From contig CAWJAX010000003.1 in assembly GCA_963841015.1 (NCBI GenBank), positions 96,001 through 160,000 of the forward strand: a DNA stretch of 64,000 nucleotides, written 5' to 3'. The notes beneath the pieces were generated by a model. That model searched no databases. It was not told where the DNA came from and saw only the letters and a list, made by a program, of their open reading frames with translations. The position numbers and the translations under genes were made by a program. Within the stretch, counting starts at the first letter, position 1; each line of letters starts with the position of its first letter. The DNA is from an uncultured Methanoregulaceae archaeon (GTDB lineage Archaea > Halobacteriota > Methanomicrobia > Methanomicrobiales > Methanospirillaceae). Shown in pieces: positions 1 through 13,900 of the stretch.

Positions 1-1
1 T

Positions 2-1534
2 GAGGCGTATCTGGGTGAAAAGATTTCAAAAGCGGTTATCACTGTTCCGGCATACTTCAACGATGCACAACGGCAGGCAACCAAGGATGCGGGAAAGATT
101 GCCGGTCTTGATGTCATGCGGATCATCAACGAACCTACCGCAAGTGCATTGGCATATGGTATAGATAAAGAGCAGGATGCCACCGTACTGGTGTATGATC
201 TTGGTGGCGGTACATTTGATGTTTCGATTCTGACCCTGGGCGATGGTGTCTTTGAGGTAAAATCAACTGCCGGAAATAACCTCCTTGGTGGAGATGACTT
301 CGATAAACGCGTAACAGATTACCTTATTGAGGAGTTCAAGAAAAAAGAGGGGGTTGACCTCCGCAATGATCCGTATGCCCTGCAGAGACTGCGTGATGCA
401 TCAGAGAATGCAAAGATCGAGCTCTCACAGCGCCAGTCCACCAACATCAACCTGCCCTATATTACTACGGACACGAGTGGCCCAAAGTTCCTCAACATAG
501 ATCTGACCCGTTCAAAACTTGAACAACTGATTGGTGACCTCGTTGAATCCACGGTCGGACCCGTGAAGCAGGCACTGAGCGATGCAAAGCTTGAGCCTAA
601 GGACATCGATCATGTTCTTCTTGTTGGAGGTTCCACCCGGGTTCCCCTTGTTCAGGATACCGTGAAAAAGATTCTCGGGAAAGAGCCCGATAAAGGCATC
701 AATCCCGATGAGTGCGTTGCTCTCGGTGCGGGTATTCAGGGTGCTGTGCTGACCGGTGAGACAAAAGATATTGTCCTGCTCGATGTCACTCCACTTACGC
801 TGGGTATAGAAACCCTTGGGGGTATCGCAACCAAACTCATTGAACGCAATACCACCATCCCTACTCGGAAGAGCCAGATATTCTCGACAGCAGCTGATGG
901 GCAGACCAGTGTCGAGATCCATGTGGTACAGGGTGAGCGGGCTCTTGCAAAGGATAACTTCACTCTCGGCAAATTCCAGCTGACTGGTATCCCCCCTGCA
1001 CCCCGTGGTATACCCCAGATTGAAGTCACTTTTGATATTGACTCAAACGGTATTATTCATGTATCTGCAAAGGATCTTGGGTCAGGTAACCAGCAGGCGA
1101 TCTCGATCAAGGGAGATAAGAAACTCTCTGACGAAGATATCAGGAAGATGATGGACGCAGCCAAACAGTTCGAAGCTGATGATAAGAAAAAGCGCGAGGA
1201 GATTGAGCTGCACAACCAGGCAGATACTGCGGTTTTTACTGCAGAAAAGATGCTTAAAGAGAGCGGGGACAAGCTTGAAACAGCTGACAAACTAAAAGTT
1301 GAGGAAGGTATTGCTGCAGTCAAAAAAGCGCTGGCTGATGACAACCTTGATGAAATTAAGAAGTCAATGGAAACGCTGACTGAAAGTGTCTATGCAGTCA
1401 CAACCAAAATTTACCAGAAGATTCAGGCAGAGCAGGCATCACAACAGCAGGCAGGGTCCGGTGCTGCACCACAGGCTGATAAAAATGCTGATGACAATGT
1501 TGTCAATGCAGATTATAACGTGAAAGAAGAGTGA
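2..1534 (+). CDS. dnaK: Chaperone DnaK (Hsp70), 5'-truncated by the window edge
   Basis: Frame is open from base 2 ([21 protein letters not shown]) into [24 protein letters not shown] and [19 protein letters not shown]. Confidence 0.98.
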   Translation, partial: EAYLGEKISKAVITVPAYFNDAQRQATKDAGKIAGLDVMRIINEPTASALAYGIDKEQDATVLVYDLGGGTFDVSILTLGDGVFEVKSTAGNNLLGGDDFDKRVTDYLIEEFKKKEGVDLRNDPYALQRLRDASENAKIELSQRQSTNINLPYITTDTSGPKFLNIDLTRSKLEQLIGDLVESTVGPVKQALSDAKLEPKDIDHVLLVGGSTRVPLVQDTVKKILGKEPDKGINPDECVALGAGIQGAVLTGETKDIVLLDVTPLTLGIETLGGIATKLIERNTTIPTRKSQIFSTAADGQTSVEIHVVQGERALAKDNFTLGKFQLTGIPPAPRGIPQIEVTFDIDSNGIIHVSAKDLGSGNQQAISIKGDKKLSDEDIRKMMDAAKQFEADDKKKREEIELHNQADTAVFTAEKMLKESGDKLETADKLKVEEGIAAVKKALADDNLDEIKKSMETLTESVYAVTTKIYQKIQAEQASQQQAGSGAAPQADKNADDNVVNADYNVKEE

Positions 1535-1541
1535 GTGAACA

Positions 1542-2669
1542 ATGAGTGCGGATGACTATTATGATATCCTCGGTATACCGCGTAGTGCTGATGATAAGGA
1601 GATCAAGAAGGCATACCGCAACCTCGCCCGAAAATACCATCCCGATGTCTGCAAGGAAAAGGGTGCAGAAGAGAAGTTCAAAGGGATCAACGAAGCATAT
1701 AGCGTTCTTTCTGATGAACAGAAGAAAGCGCAGTACGATAACATGGGCCATGAAACGTTTACCAATGCATCCAAAGGATCGTACACCGGCGGAGGTGCAT
1801 ATGGGGGAGGGGGATTCTCCACCGACTTCTCGGGTTTCGGTGATATCTTTGATTTCTTTGGCGGGGGTCAGAGGCGTTCGGGTCCCCAGCCCGGTGCCGA
1901 TCTGCTCATGCGCATCCAAATCAGTCTTGAAGAAGCAGTATCCGGTGCTGACCGGGACATAGAAGTCATGCACACTGAACCCTGTACTGCGTGCAACGGG
2001 ACAGGCAGCGAAACAAAACGACTGAATACCTGTTCCCGCTGTGGTGGCAGTGGGCAGATGCGACAAGCAGCTAATTCTTCCTTTGGCCAGTTCATCCGGA
2101 TGATGACCTGTAGTCAATGCGGTGGAAAAGGAAAAATTCCTGAAAAAGTCTGCAAAGAGTGCCATGGGTCCGGTCATTCACGGGTGAAACGGAAAGTGTC
2201 CGTGCATATCCCCGCAGGAATCGATAATGGCATGCGACTTCGCATGGAGGGATATGGTGAAGCCGGGGATTATGGTGCACCAAATGGTGACCTGTTTATC
2301 GAAGTGTACGTTAAACCTCATGACCATTTTATCAGGAATGGAGATAACCTCGAGATCACCATCGAAATCAGTCCCGTTCAGGCAGTGCTTGGGACATCCA
2401 TTGAAATTGAAACGATAGATAAACGACATATTGACCTGAAAGTACCCGCAGGCATACAGTACAACACAGCGCTGAAAATAGCAGGCGAAGGGATCAAGCG
2501 TCGTGGAAAACCAGGAGATCTTCTGGTCAGGGTTAAACTTGTCACTCCCAGGTCAATCAATAATGAGCAAAAGGAACTCTACCAAAAACTTGCCGAGCTT
2601 GAAGGAAAGAGTAATACTTCAGGTGGTTTTTTCTCCGGAATCATGGGGAAAAAAAAAAGTAAAAAGTAA
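1542..2669 (+). CDS. dnaJ: Chaperone DnaJ
   Basis: J domain with HPD, G/F-rich region, four CxxCxGxG repeats; directly follows dnaK. Confidence 0.98.
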   Translation: MSADDYYDILGIPRSADDKEIKKAYRNLARKYHPDVCKEKGAEEKFKGINEAYSVLSDEQKKAQYDNMGHETFTNASKGSYTGGGAYGGGGFSTDFSGFGDIFDFFGGGQRRSGPQPGADLLMRIQISLEEAVSGADRDIEVMHTEPCTACNGTGSETKRLNTCSRCGGSGQMRQAANSSFGQFIRMMTCSQCGGKGKIPEKVCKECHGSGHSRVKRKVSVHIPAGIDNGMRLRMEGYGEAGDYGAPNGDLFIEVYVKPHDHFIRNGDNLEITIEISPVQAVLGTSIEIETIDKRHIDLKVPAGIQYNTALKIAGEGIKRRGKPGDLLVRVKLVTPRSINNEQKELYQKLAELEGKSNTSGGFFSGIMGKKKSKK

Positions 2670-2761
2670 TCATAACATTTTTCTGATTATTCTTTTCCAA
2701 GCTAAGAGATTTTACAATTTTTTACGCACTTATTTGAGAGCCGGTGATCAATGAGATAAGA

Positions 2762-3730
2762 ATGAGACTGCTCTTCGAGTTGTCCGGTGAAAACCCGACA
2801 CTTCCCTTTGCTGAACTCGAATGCATAGGAAAATTACTCGATAGCCGGCTTCAGGTTGCAGTTGTTGAGGCACCTGATCCAGAAGAAGCACACCGCCTTG
2901 CCATGACGCAGGTTGTTCTGGAATATCTCGGAGAATGCGATCCTGATCTTTCAGCTTTCCAGAAACTCCTCAGAGAACTGGCGATTGAAACACATCAGTC
3001 CTTCGCAGGACGAGCCAAAAAAATTCATGGTGGCTGCAATACAAGAAATCCCTGTTCCCAGAGGGAGTTTGAACAGATGATCGGCACCATGATAGAGGGA
3101 ACGGTGTCACTGGACAAACCAGAGAGAGAATACCGGGCTATTCTTTCGGAGGACCGGTGCTATTTTGGCAAAGTTCTTTTCAGTATAAACCGGGGATCTT
3201 ATAATGTGCGTAATCCGGGAAAACGGGACTTTTTCCATCCGGGAGTAATGATGCCAAGGATGGCACGTACACTCGTCAATTTAACCTGTTCGCATGCAGG
3301 TGAGGTAATGCTTGATCCGTTCTGCGGTACAGGTGGCATCCTGATAGAAGCTGAGATACTCGGGATGCATGCGATTGGAAGTGATTTTGATCCGATGATG
3401 GTTGATGGCAGTCGTCAAAATATTACGCAACCGGATCTTATGCTTGCTGATGCAACGCTTCTGCCGTTGGGGAATCATACCATTGATGCAGTGGTGACGG
3501 ATTTTCCCTACGGGCAATCGGTCTGCATAAAAAAAACAGATACAATGGCAAATCTATACTCTGATGCTCTGGATGAGATTAGTCGCGTGCTTAAAGCCGG
3601 ACACAGGGCAGTGGTTGTAACGCATCAGGATATTTCAGAAATCGTTGCAGAACACATGACCATTCTGCAGCGCCATGAGCAGCGGGTACATAAAAGTCTT
3701 ACCCGGCGGGTGCTCGTGCTGACACGGTAA
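2762..3730 (+). CDS. tRNA (guanine-10 N2)-methyltransferase, Trm-G10/Trm11 family
   Basis: FFHPGVMMPRMAR, LDPFCGTGG, DFPYG and QRVHKSLTR motifs; start at ATG 2762 (MRLLFELSGE) preferred over 2744. Confidence 0.88.
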   Translation: MRLLFELSGENPTLPFAELECIGKLLDSRLQVAVVEAPDPEEAHRLAMTQVVLEYLGECDPDLSAFQKLLRELAIETHQSFAGRAKKIHGGCNTRNPCSQREFEQMIGTMIEGTVSLDKPEREYRAILSEDRCYFGKVLFSINRGSYNVRNPGKRDFFHPGVMMPRMARTLVNLTCSHAGEVMLDPFCGTGGILIEAEILGMHAIGSDFDPMMVDGSRQNITQPDLMLADATLLPLGNHTIDAVVTDFPYGQSVCIKKTDTMANLYSDALDEISRVLKAGHRAVVVTHQDISEIVAEHMTILQRHEQRVHKSLTRRVLVLTR

Positions 3731-3795
3731 GGAGCAATCTCCGGAACCTGAAGTATTCTTTATGCTTTACCAATACTACATATATTCCGGATAGT

Positions 3796-4536
3796 ATGGA
3801 AACAAAAAAGGTAATCAAGGCAGCACTTTTTCTGGGTATCCTGGTATCCTGCATCGGTATTCCGGTATCCGCATACTCGGCCGATGCTATCGTTCTGTTC
3901 GAGCAGGGAAATGCTTTCATGAAAAATAAGACCTACTCAGAGGCACTTCGTGTTTATGATAAAGCAATCACATTAGAACCTGAATATTTTGAAGCCTGGA
4001 ATGGAAAAGCGGATGCACTTAACCGGGCACAACAATTTAATGAAGCACTCAAAGCATCCGATCGCGTGCTTATCCTCAAACCCGATTATGTTTCCGGCTG
4101 GATAAACCGGGGGTATATACTGTATAATCTCGGGCTTTATGATGAGGAACTGAAAGCGTATGAGACCGCAATTACTTTTGATCCTGCCAGTCCCGAAGCC
4201 TGGTTCAACAAAGGTTACTCACTTGCCGGAATGAAGAGGTACGATGAAGCAATCGCGGCTTTTGATAAAGTGGAGACCCTTGATCCCACCTACCCGAATC
4301 TAGCGGGGAATAAACAGATTGCAGAAAAAAGTCGGGATGCGGTCAGATCCAACATGAGTGAAAAAACACCTTTACTCCTCCCCACACAATCGCAGAAAAC
4401 GACTTCCCCCTCTCTTCAGGCAGGTACCGTGTCAACTACAGAACCAAAAAAATCTCCCATTTCTGTAGGTGGAGTCATCGGAATTTTTTCAATTCTTGTT
4501 ACTGTACAATGGATGGGAAAATGGAAAAAATGGTAA
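3796..4536 (+). CDS. Secreted or surface TPR protein with C-terminal membrane anchor
   Basis: Signal peptide, about 4 TPR repeats (EAWNGKADAL, EAWFNKGYSL), S/T/P-rich linker, KKSP, hydrophobic helix and basic tail. Confidence 0.85.
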   Translation: METKKVIKAALFLGILVSCIGIPVSAYSADAIVLFEQGNAFMKNKTYSEALRVYDKAITLEPEYFEAWNGKADALNRAQQFNEALKASDRVLILKPDYVSGWINRGYILYNLGLYDEELKAYETAITFDPASPEAWFNKGYSLAGMKRYDEAIAAFDKVETLDPTYPNLAGNKQIAEKSRDAVRSNMSEKTPLLLPTQSQKTTSPSLQAGTVSTTEPKKSPISVGGVIGIFSILVTVQWMGKWKKW

Positions 4537-4973
4537 ATATGGTTCTTGAGAAACGGACATGAAACGATTCGATTTACATCTGAACTATGAAAATCGTATT
4601 GTATTCAAACGACCCCTGAATCAGGGCCTTTCCAAGGTTCGGCGGTCAGGATTTTTTTGAATTTTTTGCAGATAATCTCCCCGTTGGGGCACCCCATCGG
4701 GGTCGTCGTCGTTCATGCCAATAGTAACAGTGGGGGGCTTGACCTTTAATTCAAAATATCCGTTTTTTTATAGTAAGTAAAAAAAAGCAGATCTGGCAGG
4801 ATTTTTCACTGCCGATTTACACTCATCATAATGTGAAAATCCCTGGACAGGTAATCGTCATTGCACAAAGCGGAGGGATGGTGTCTGGGGACAGGAACTA
4901 TCCCCCCATCTTCTTTTTCAAAATTTCCTGAGATAAGGAATTCTCAGTGATTTATTGAAAAATGGATTAAATC

Positions 4974-7900
4974 TTATTTTGCCTTCTTGTAACAAATTTT
5001 GGCCTCTTCATGCTTGCCAATCGTATCAAGAATTTCTCCAATATCATTCCAGACTTCTTTACGTCCAGGATCGATTTCCAAAGCGTGTTTGAAAGTAGTC
5101 AGAGCTTCCTGATACTTCCCGAGCTCATGTAATGCCCGGCCCTTATAGATCCAGGCGTCCACAAAATCCGGTTGGATCGATATCATAGCAGTAAATGCTT
5201 CGCTGGCATCCTGGTGCTGTCCAAGGGCAATAAGTGCACTACCTTTGGTGAAATAGGCTATTGAGAACGTAGGGTCAACAGATACCGCCCGATCATATGA
5301 TTCAATTGCATCCCTGCTTTGACCCTGGGCTGCAAGTGCCATTCCATGACGTGTCCAGCCGATCGCATTTTCCGGGTCCAGATCAAGGCTTTTTTCATAT
5401 GCAGCCTGAGCCTCCGGATGCTTTCCGAGGTCATACAGAACATTACCTTTTGCCATCCATGCATCAGCGAGGCTACTATTCTTTTCCAGGGCTTTTTCGA
5501 ATGTTTCCAGAGCATCCCGGGACATACCAAGTTCCGCGAGTGAAACACCTTTCTGGGACAGTACCTCTGCGCTAGGATTGATCTCAAGAGATCGATCGTA
5601 CGATTGGTACTGCCAGCCTGTGCTGATCCAGTGCAGCGTAAGCTTTTCCCAGGAAGAAATATACATCAGCAGTTCCATGGTTGTTTTCCCGAGCATGCTC
5701 GAAAGAAGTAATTGCCGCATCATAATTGCCCATCTCAAAATGTGCCCTTCCCTCCCAGAAGAATGCCTGATAGCAGGTTGGATTAATTTCCCAAGCCCGT
5801 TCAAAGGCTGAGATTGCTGCATCCGGGTTTCCAAGTGCAAGAAGGGATCTGCCTCTTTGATAGATAGCAATAGAAAATCCGGGATTGTGAGAAAGGATGC
5901 GATCGAATGATGCGATCGCCTCTTTATTCTTCCCAATCTGCATGAATGCCCTTCCCCTTTGGTACAGGGCCTCCTGGTATTCAGGATTTATTCTCAGCGC
6001 AGCGTCAAACGCAATTATTGATTCATGATAGTTCTTAATGTGGACCAGTGCTATTCCTTTATGATAGTATACCTCTGAGTACTGGTCATTTAACGCCAAA
6101 GCCTGATTAAACGCTGTTATCGCTTCATCAAAGCGCTCAAGCTTAAGATACGTTATACCCTTGTAATAGAAGACTTCCGGATACTCCGGCTGGAGAGTCA
6201 GCACCAGATCAAATGCTTTCAGCGCCTCGTTGTATTGGTTCAATTGGATTAATACTGCTCCACGATGCAAATGCGGCAAAGGGTTTGTTTCATCAAGGGA
6301 AATAGAACGATCAAGGCAATCAAGCGCCCGATCATATCTCCCAAGATTTTCCTCTGAAATACCCTTATAGAGCCAGACATCAGAAGATATACCATTCTCA
6401 CCAAGAGCCCGGTCGAATGCACCAATCGCTTCCTGATACATTGAGAGACTTGCAAGCGCCCGCCCCTTCTCATAGAAAGCCTTAGCGCATTTCGGACTGT
6501 TTATGAGGGCAGAGTCGAAGTTTTTAATTGCATCATTATATCTTCCTAAACGGGAGTAAGATACTCCCAGATAATAATATGCCCGTGCATCCTTTGTATC
6601 AATACCTAAAGCCTTATTATAACAATTGATAGCGTCCTTGTCCTGGCCAAGGGCAGAAAGGGCTACCCCTTTTCCCGTCCATATAAAAGCGGCAGTAGGC
6701 CGGAGGCGTAGTGCCTGGTCAAATGAAACGATTGCCTGCTCGTATCGGGAGAGGTGTGTGAGTGCTATACCCTTGTGGTAAAGTGACTCGATATGTTTCG
6801 GCTGGACTGCAAGTGCATGGTCATATGATAGTACCGCTTCGTTGTCCATTCCCTGTTCATGGAGAGTACGCCCTTTATAATAGAACGCTGACCCAAAATC
6901 CGGGTGTATTTCCAGTGCTTTACAAAACGCTTCATATGCATCCTTATAATCGGAAATTGCGAAGAGTGAAATTCCCTTAAGGTACCAGGCATCGGCATTA
7001 ACCGGGTCAATCCCTAGCGTCTTGTCATAATCGCCGATAGCATCACGATATCTTCCAAGATCTGCCAGAGCCATACCATGGTGTAACCACGTTTCAACAG
7101 ACAGGGGATTGATCTGTAATACGAGGTCAAACGCATCGAGTGCATCTTTTTGCCTTCCTGTTGCTATAAGGGATAAACCTTTGTGATAAAATGCTTCAGC
7201 ATTTCCTGCATTAAGGTCGATATTTTTATTGAAAGCAATAATGGCTTCATCGTGCCGCCCCAGATTTGCCAGTGCAAGTCCTTTGTGGAAATAAACCTCA
7301 GCATAATTCTTGTCGATAATAAGGGCTTTATCAAAAGCTCTTATACCTTCGCGGAACATTCCCAGTGATGCAAGTGCCGTTCCTTTGTCAAACCAAGCTT
7401 CAGCAAAGGAGCTGTCGATTTCAAGTGTCCGGTCAAACGCTTTGATGGCCTCTTCGAACCTGCCAATCCGCATAAGAGCTACACCTTTATAGTGAAGTGA
7501 CGGCGAATGTGCCGGATCAAGATCGAGTGCCTGATTATAGGCGACAATTGCATCGTTGGGTTGCTCCAGAATATCCAGTGAACGCGCTTTGTTATAATAT
7601 GCAGCAAAATAATCCGGTTTTACGGAGAGTGCATTATCAAATGCGGATATTGCATCTTTGTGACGGGTGAGTTTTGCAAAGATGATACCCTGTTCAAACC
7701 ATACCTGTGCATTATCAGGAGTGATGTCAAGCAAACGCCCGAAAGCTTCTGCTGCTTCATCATATCTTCCAAGCCCGGCAAACGAAGCTGCATAATGATA
7801 AAGTGCGTCTGTGTTATCCTTATTCAGGGAAAGTGTCTTTTCCAAAACTTTGATAGCATCTTCAAATTTACCGATATGGAACAAAGCGATACCTTTCGCG

Positions 7901-10900
7901 TACAGGGCACTGGAATTTTCTGGCAAATGGTTAATTACGCAATCGAAGGAACTGATTGCATCCTCAAATTTACCAAGAACGGTAAAAGCTTTCCCCCGCT
8001 CAAAAAACGCCCGGGGATTATCAGGCTGGTATATAATGCTGTCGTCAAATGCAGCTATTGCTTCTGCAGGATGACCGAGGTTTGAAAGCACTAATCCCTT
8101 CTCATACCATATATCGGGATCTGTTTTATTTATCTCGAGCGCTGCATCGAATGCATGCCCGGCTTCTTCAAATCTGCCGAGCAAGACGAGAGACAATCCC
8201 TGTAAATAGGGGGGTTCGAATCGGTTGGGAAGCTGAGCAGCTGCAAATCCGAAAATCGCCTGTGCCTCCTCATCCCGTCCCAGTTTTGCAAGTGCCCTGC
8301 CCTTTTCAAACAGGATCTCGCCATTATCAGGATCTTTTCCGAGTGCAATATCAAAAATACGAATTGCCTCGTCATATTTTGCAAGCCGGAAAAGTGCATT
8401 CCCTTCGGAAAAAAGCAATGAAATATTGTGCGGCTCTTTTTGCCGGGCTTTCTCAAATGCCTCGACAGACTTCCTCATCTTTGCCCAGGTGTTCAGATGC
8501 AATGCCTTTGTGATACCATGCTGCTGAAAATTCAGGAGAACGTAAAAGTATCTGATCGAATGCAACGATCGCCTGATCGTACCGACCAAGATTTTCCAGT
8601 GCCAGTCCTTTGTTATAGTATCCTTCGGCAAAGTCATTGTCAATGGCAAGAGCTTTTGAAAACGACGATTCGGCTTCTTCATATCTTCCGAGCATCGCAA
8701 AAGCGAGTCCCTGTTCAAAATGTCCATCTCTGTTCTGGTCATCCAAAGCAAGTGCCTGCGAAAATGCGGTTACTGCCTCTTCATATTGTTTCAGATTTAT
8801 GAGCGCGTACCCTCTTTCATAATGTGCAGCAAATGAGTTGTTATTGAGGGTGATTGCACGGTCAAATGTGGTTTTTGCTTCATCAAATCTTTTCAGATAG
8901 GCTAGTACAAGGCCTTTGTTAAACCAGATATCATAATTCCCTGTGTCAAGGGTGAGAGCTGCACTGAGCGCCGAAAGAGCCTCTTCATACCGTTTCAGGT
9001 CTTTGAGTATCAGTCCCTTTTGGAAATATGCAGGAGAATAGGATGTGTCGACAGATAGTGCCCGGTCAAATGCGGCAATGGCTTCCTTATTTTTTTCAAG
9101 GCGGCTAAGTGCCAGTCCTTTCTCGTAAAAAGCACTGATAAATTTCGGATCCAGTACCGTAGCATGATCAAATACTTCAACTGCTTCACTATCTTTGCCT
9201 AATTTCGCAAGAGCCACACCTTTGTCATAATAGGCGTTTGCATATTTCGGGTTGATAGAAAGGACCCTGTCGTACGATGAGACAGCTTCTTCATATCTGC
9301 CGAGTTCTACAAGTGCAATTGCCCGATCATACCACCCGTATGCAGACCCGGGTTTAATTTCCAGGGCCCGGGTGAGGGCTTCCAGTGCAGGTTCAAACTG
9401 ACTGATAGAGAGCAGGGTACTTCCTTTCCGTAACCATGCCGAAGCACAAGCCTGATCATGAGACAAGACACGATCAAAGCAGGTAATTGCCTCATGTGGG
9501 TTCCCAGACTCAATGTATATTTTCCCCTTTCGGTACCAGGCAGTATTATTGTCAGGCGCCAGGGAAATTGCCCTCTCAAATGACTCAAGAGCTTCTGGCA
9601 TACGTTCGAGCTCAAAAAGCACGCTTCCCTTGAGGATCCAGACATCAGCAATGGTATTTTCCCGGTTCAAAGAAGATTCAAGCGCCTGGAGCGCCTCTTC
9701 AAACCGAAGGAGTTTTACAAGAGAAACTGCCCGCATAAACAGGACCGTGGCATTATCGGGAGTAAGTTCCAGTATCTTATCGAAAGCACCAAGTGCTTTC
9801 TCATGTTTCCCAAGGTTTGCAAAGGAAATCCCTGTCTGATATGTCGCGTCGGTGATTGAGGAATCGCAGGAGAGTGCCTGGTTGAATGAGCGGATTGCCT
9901 TTTCATATTTTCCCGTTGCGTTCAATACAAGTCCTTTATGATAATGAGCAAAAGCATTCCCCGGAACGTATTCAAGGGTATAATCAAATGCTTTTATGGC
10001 ATCCGGGTATCTAGCCATACGGTAGAGTGCAAGTCCTTTATTATACGCAGCATCAGAAAGAGTTGAATCCAGGTTCAGTGCCTGTTCGTATGCAATCACT
10101 GCTTCTTCATCATTGCCGACCGCGGACAGTGCCTTTCCTCTGCCAAATGCGGCATGAGCATTATGGGGATCCAATTCGAGTGTCTTATCGAATGCGACCA
10201 CGGCATCGTTGTAACTGTTCAACCTGAAAAGTGTCTCTGCTCTTGCCAGGTTTGTCGCAACATCGTCAGGTGTCAGTTCAAGTGAACGGTTCAGGGATAT
10301 AATTGCGTCCCTGTCGCGCCCGGCTCCGATGAGAGAGTATCCGTGATAATAGTAGAGTGCTCCCGTGACTGGACCGAGAACGAGTGCCAAATCGAATGCC
10401 TGCACAGCTTCATCATGTCGTCCGATAGTTGCGAGTGCAAGTCCTTTGTTATATGCTGCATCCTGCATTTGAGGATTAATTTCAAGAGCACGTTCAAAGG
10501 ATGGCACTGATTCATCGAACCGATTCAGTTTACCAAGAACGTACCCTTTATGGTACCATGCGACTGCACATGAACTATCAAGAGACAAACCCTTATCAAA
10601 CGCACTAAGAGCATCATCATAAAGTGAGATGTGTTCGTAGCCAATTCCCCGGTAATACCATGCCTCGGCGTTCTGTTCATCAAGGGTAAGTACCTTTTCA
10701 AAAGTTGTGGTCGCTTCTTCCCAGCGCTTGAGATGCAGAAGAGCTTTTCCGCGATAGAACAGGGCAAAGACATACTGAGGTTTGCGTTTCAGAGATTTCC
10801 CAAAAGCTTCAACTGATTCTTTATATCGGTTTAATTTGTAAAGGGAATATCCCTTGCATGCAAGGAGATCGGGATTCGCCGAATCATTTTCCATTGCCCG

Positions 10901-13900
10901 GTCCAGCGCAACTACAGCATCTTCATACCGATCAAGTTTTGCAAGTGCGACACCCCTCATCCGGTGAGCCTGGGAATTTTCCGGATCAATAATAAGGGTT
11001 GCATCGAACTCAGTGATCGCATCTTCATGCCGGTTAATCTTTGCGAGAATCTCTCCTTTTACCCTATGCGAGACTGCATCATTTGGATCAATCTCAAGAG
11101 CACGATCGAAGGATGCTAAGGCATCGTCATGTTTTTCCAGTTCAAAAAGAGCCAGTCCCTTTTCTGCATACACGCGGGAATTATTCAATCCGAGCTCGAT
11201 GCACCGGTTAAATGCGCCCAGAGCAGATTCCGGCTTTTTTAAGGAGGAGAGAGCGAGTCCCTTTTCAAAGAGAATATCAACCGAATCAGGTTTAAGCGCG
11301 AGAAATTCATCAAAAGCCTCTACCGCTTTTTCATATTTTTTGAGAATAGCTAAAGCTTTCCCCATCTCGCTCCATGATGTATCCCGTGAGGGGTTAAGGG
11401 CAAGAGCCCTGCCAAATGCTTCGATAGCTTCAGGATAGGTTTGTGTTAAAACAAGTACGATGCCCTTGTAATAAAATACCCGTTCGCATCCCGGTTCAAT
11501 CTGGTTAATATGGGTGTAAGCCGCAATAGCCTCCTTATACAACCCCTGGTGGTCAAATGCCCGGGCCTGACCATACAGCGCTGTCAGATCATCGGGATTT
11601 GATACTAGCACCTGCCTGAATGATTCTGCTGCCTCATGGTAGCTACCAAGTGATGCAGGTACTCTTCCTTTCTGCAGATATGCATCAGTAAAATCGGGCA
11701 TCAGCCGATTAGCCTGTTCGAAAGCTGCTGCTGCTTCCGCAATTTTCTTATCTTTGGCAAGTGCGATTCCCTTGTAGTAAAATGCTTCGGCAAACTCCGG
11801 ATCGAGCGCGAGCACCTGATCGAATGCATTCACTGCATCTGCATGGTTTTCGAGACTGATCTGGGCTCTTCCTTTATAGAACCATGTGTGGGGATTTGTT
11901 GCATCAATCTGAAGGGAAGCGTTATAGGCGATGAGGGCTTCCTGATGGCGCCCGACGGCGAACAAGCAGAATCCCTTTATCAGCCATGCATTTGCAATTG
12001 CCGGAGAAACTTCAAGTGCGCTGGAAAGCGCTGCAATAGCCTCGTTGAACTCACCAAGTTCAGCGAGGGAGAGACCTTTATGGTAAATAGCATCCGTATA
12101 ACCGATATTGATCTTAAGTGCATGGGTAAATGCATTCACCGCTTCGCTATGATAACCGGATGCTGCCAGAGATAATCCTCTCTGAAAGTGAATTTCAGCT
12201 TTCAATGGATCAATACCCGACGCAGCTTCAAAGGCGGTGATAGCTTCTTCGTGGTTTTCCATGTGTGCAAGTGCGATTCCTTTCTGGAAGAGAGCTTCAG
12301 CATCGTCAGGAGTAATCTCCAGCTTGATATTGAATGCAAATACTGCTTCATTATACATGCCGACATTTGCCAGTGCAATACCTTTTTGAAAGAATGCAGG
12401 AGCGAAACTGGGTATAAGTTCTAAAAGACGATCGAATGATGCAACTGCTTCCAGATTCTTATCAAGGTGTATCAATGCAAGACCTTTGTCATAATACGCC
12501 TGTGCATTGGTTGGATCCAGTTCAATTGTCCGATCAAAGGCAGCAACTGCCACATCATACCGTTCAAGACCAACCAGGGCTTTTCCTTTCTGGTATTCTG
12601 CTTCGATAAATTCCGGATTGAGTTTTAATGCGATCTCACAGGCAGCAAGTGAATCTTCATTTCGCCCCAGATCATACAGTGCGATGGATTTATTATATGC
12701 AGCTTCACCCGAATTCGGATTCAGTTCCAGTGTGCGGTCAAATATATCTATTGACTCCTGGTAATGGCCGATTGCATAGAGGGCAAGTCCTTTCTGGAAA
12801 AACCCGGGAGCATAACCCGGCAGGAGGTTCAGTGTTTTATCAAACGAAATAATTGCATCGTTGAACCTGAAAAGCTTTGCAAGGGCAATACCACGGTTGT
12901 AATGTGCATCAGCAAAATTGGGGTCAATTGCCAGAGTGCGATCGAATTCCAGAATAGCGTTTTCAAACTGTGATGCTTGTAAGAGAGCATAACCCTTATG
13001 AAAATGTGCATGAGAAAAATTTGCCTCCAGCTCGATTGTACGGTCATAAGCTTCGATGGCTTCGGACACATCCCCCAAATCAAAAAGAGTCTCTTCCTTT
13101 CTGATAATGAGCATGGTAATTTTTTGGATTTTCATTAATTATCTTGTTAAAGTCCTTTACTGCTTCTTTGAATTTCCCAAGATTATAAAGCGAAATCCCC
13201 TTACACATTCGTGCTTCGAAATATTTGGGTTTTAACTGAATTGTCTTTTCAAAAGCAAAAGTTGCCTCGCTGTGCCGGTTCAACCCTGCATATGACCTGC
13301 CCTTGTGATAAAAAATAAGGGCATTTTCGGGATCATAGATAAGTGCCTTGTCAAACGCTTCCAGAGCTTCTTCATATCTCTCGAGTTTAGAAAGTGCAAG
13401 GCCCCTGTGGTAGTGTCCCTGAGCATTACTTATATCCTTTTCCAGATTTTTATCGAGTGATTCGATTGCTTCAGTGTATTTTTCCAGTTTTAATAGTGCG
13501 AAGCCTTTATAATAATATACATCAGTGTAGGCAGAATCAATCTCCACCGCCCGGTTAAATGCGTCAATCGCTGCCTGATATTTTTCGTTGTGGATTAAGG
13601 ATCTCCCTTTGTTGTACCATGCAGGTGCAAATGAAGGCAGTATATCAATTGTCTTGTCGAATGCATCAATAGCATCGCGGTGATCGCCAAGTTTGGCTAG
13701 TGCAAGTCCTTTATGGTATTGCGCATCGCCATTGTGAGGGTCGATTTCAAGGAGCACCTCAAATGCATGAATCGATTCGTCGGTTCTGTTCACTTTTTCC
13801 AGTGCAAGTCCTTTGTAGTGGAATGCTTCAATGCATCTCTGGTTCAGGCTGATTGCATTGTCCAAGGCATCTATTGCATCCTGGTATCTCCCAAGTTCAT

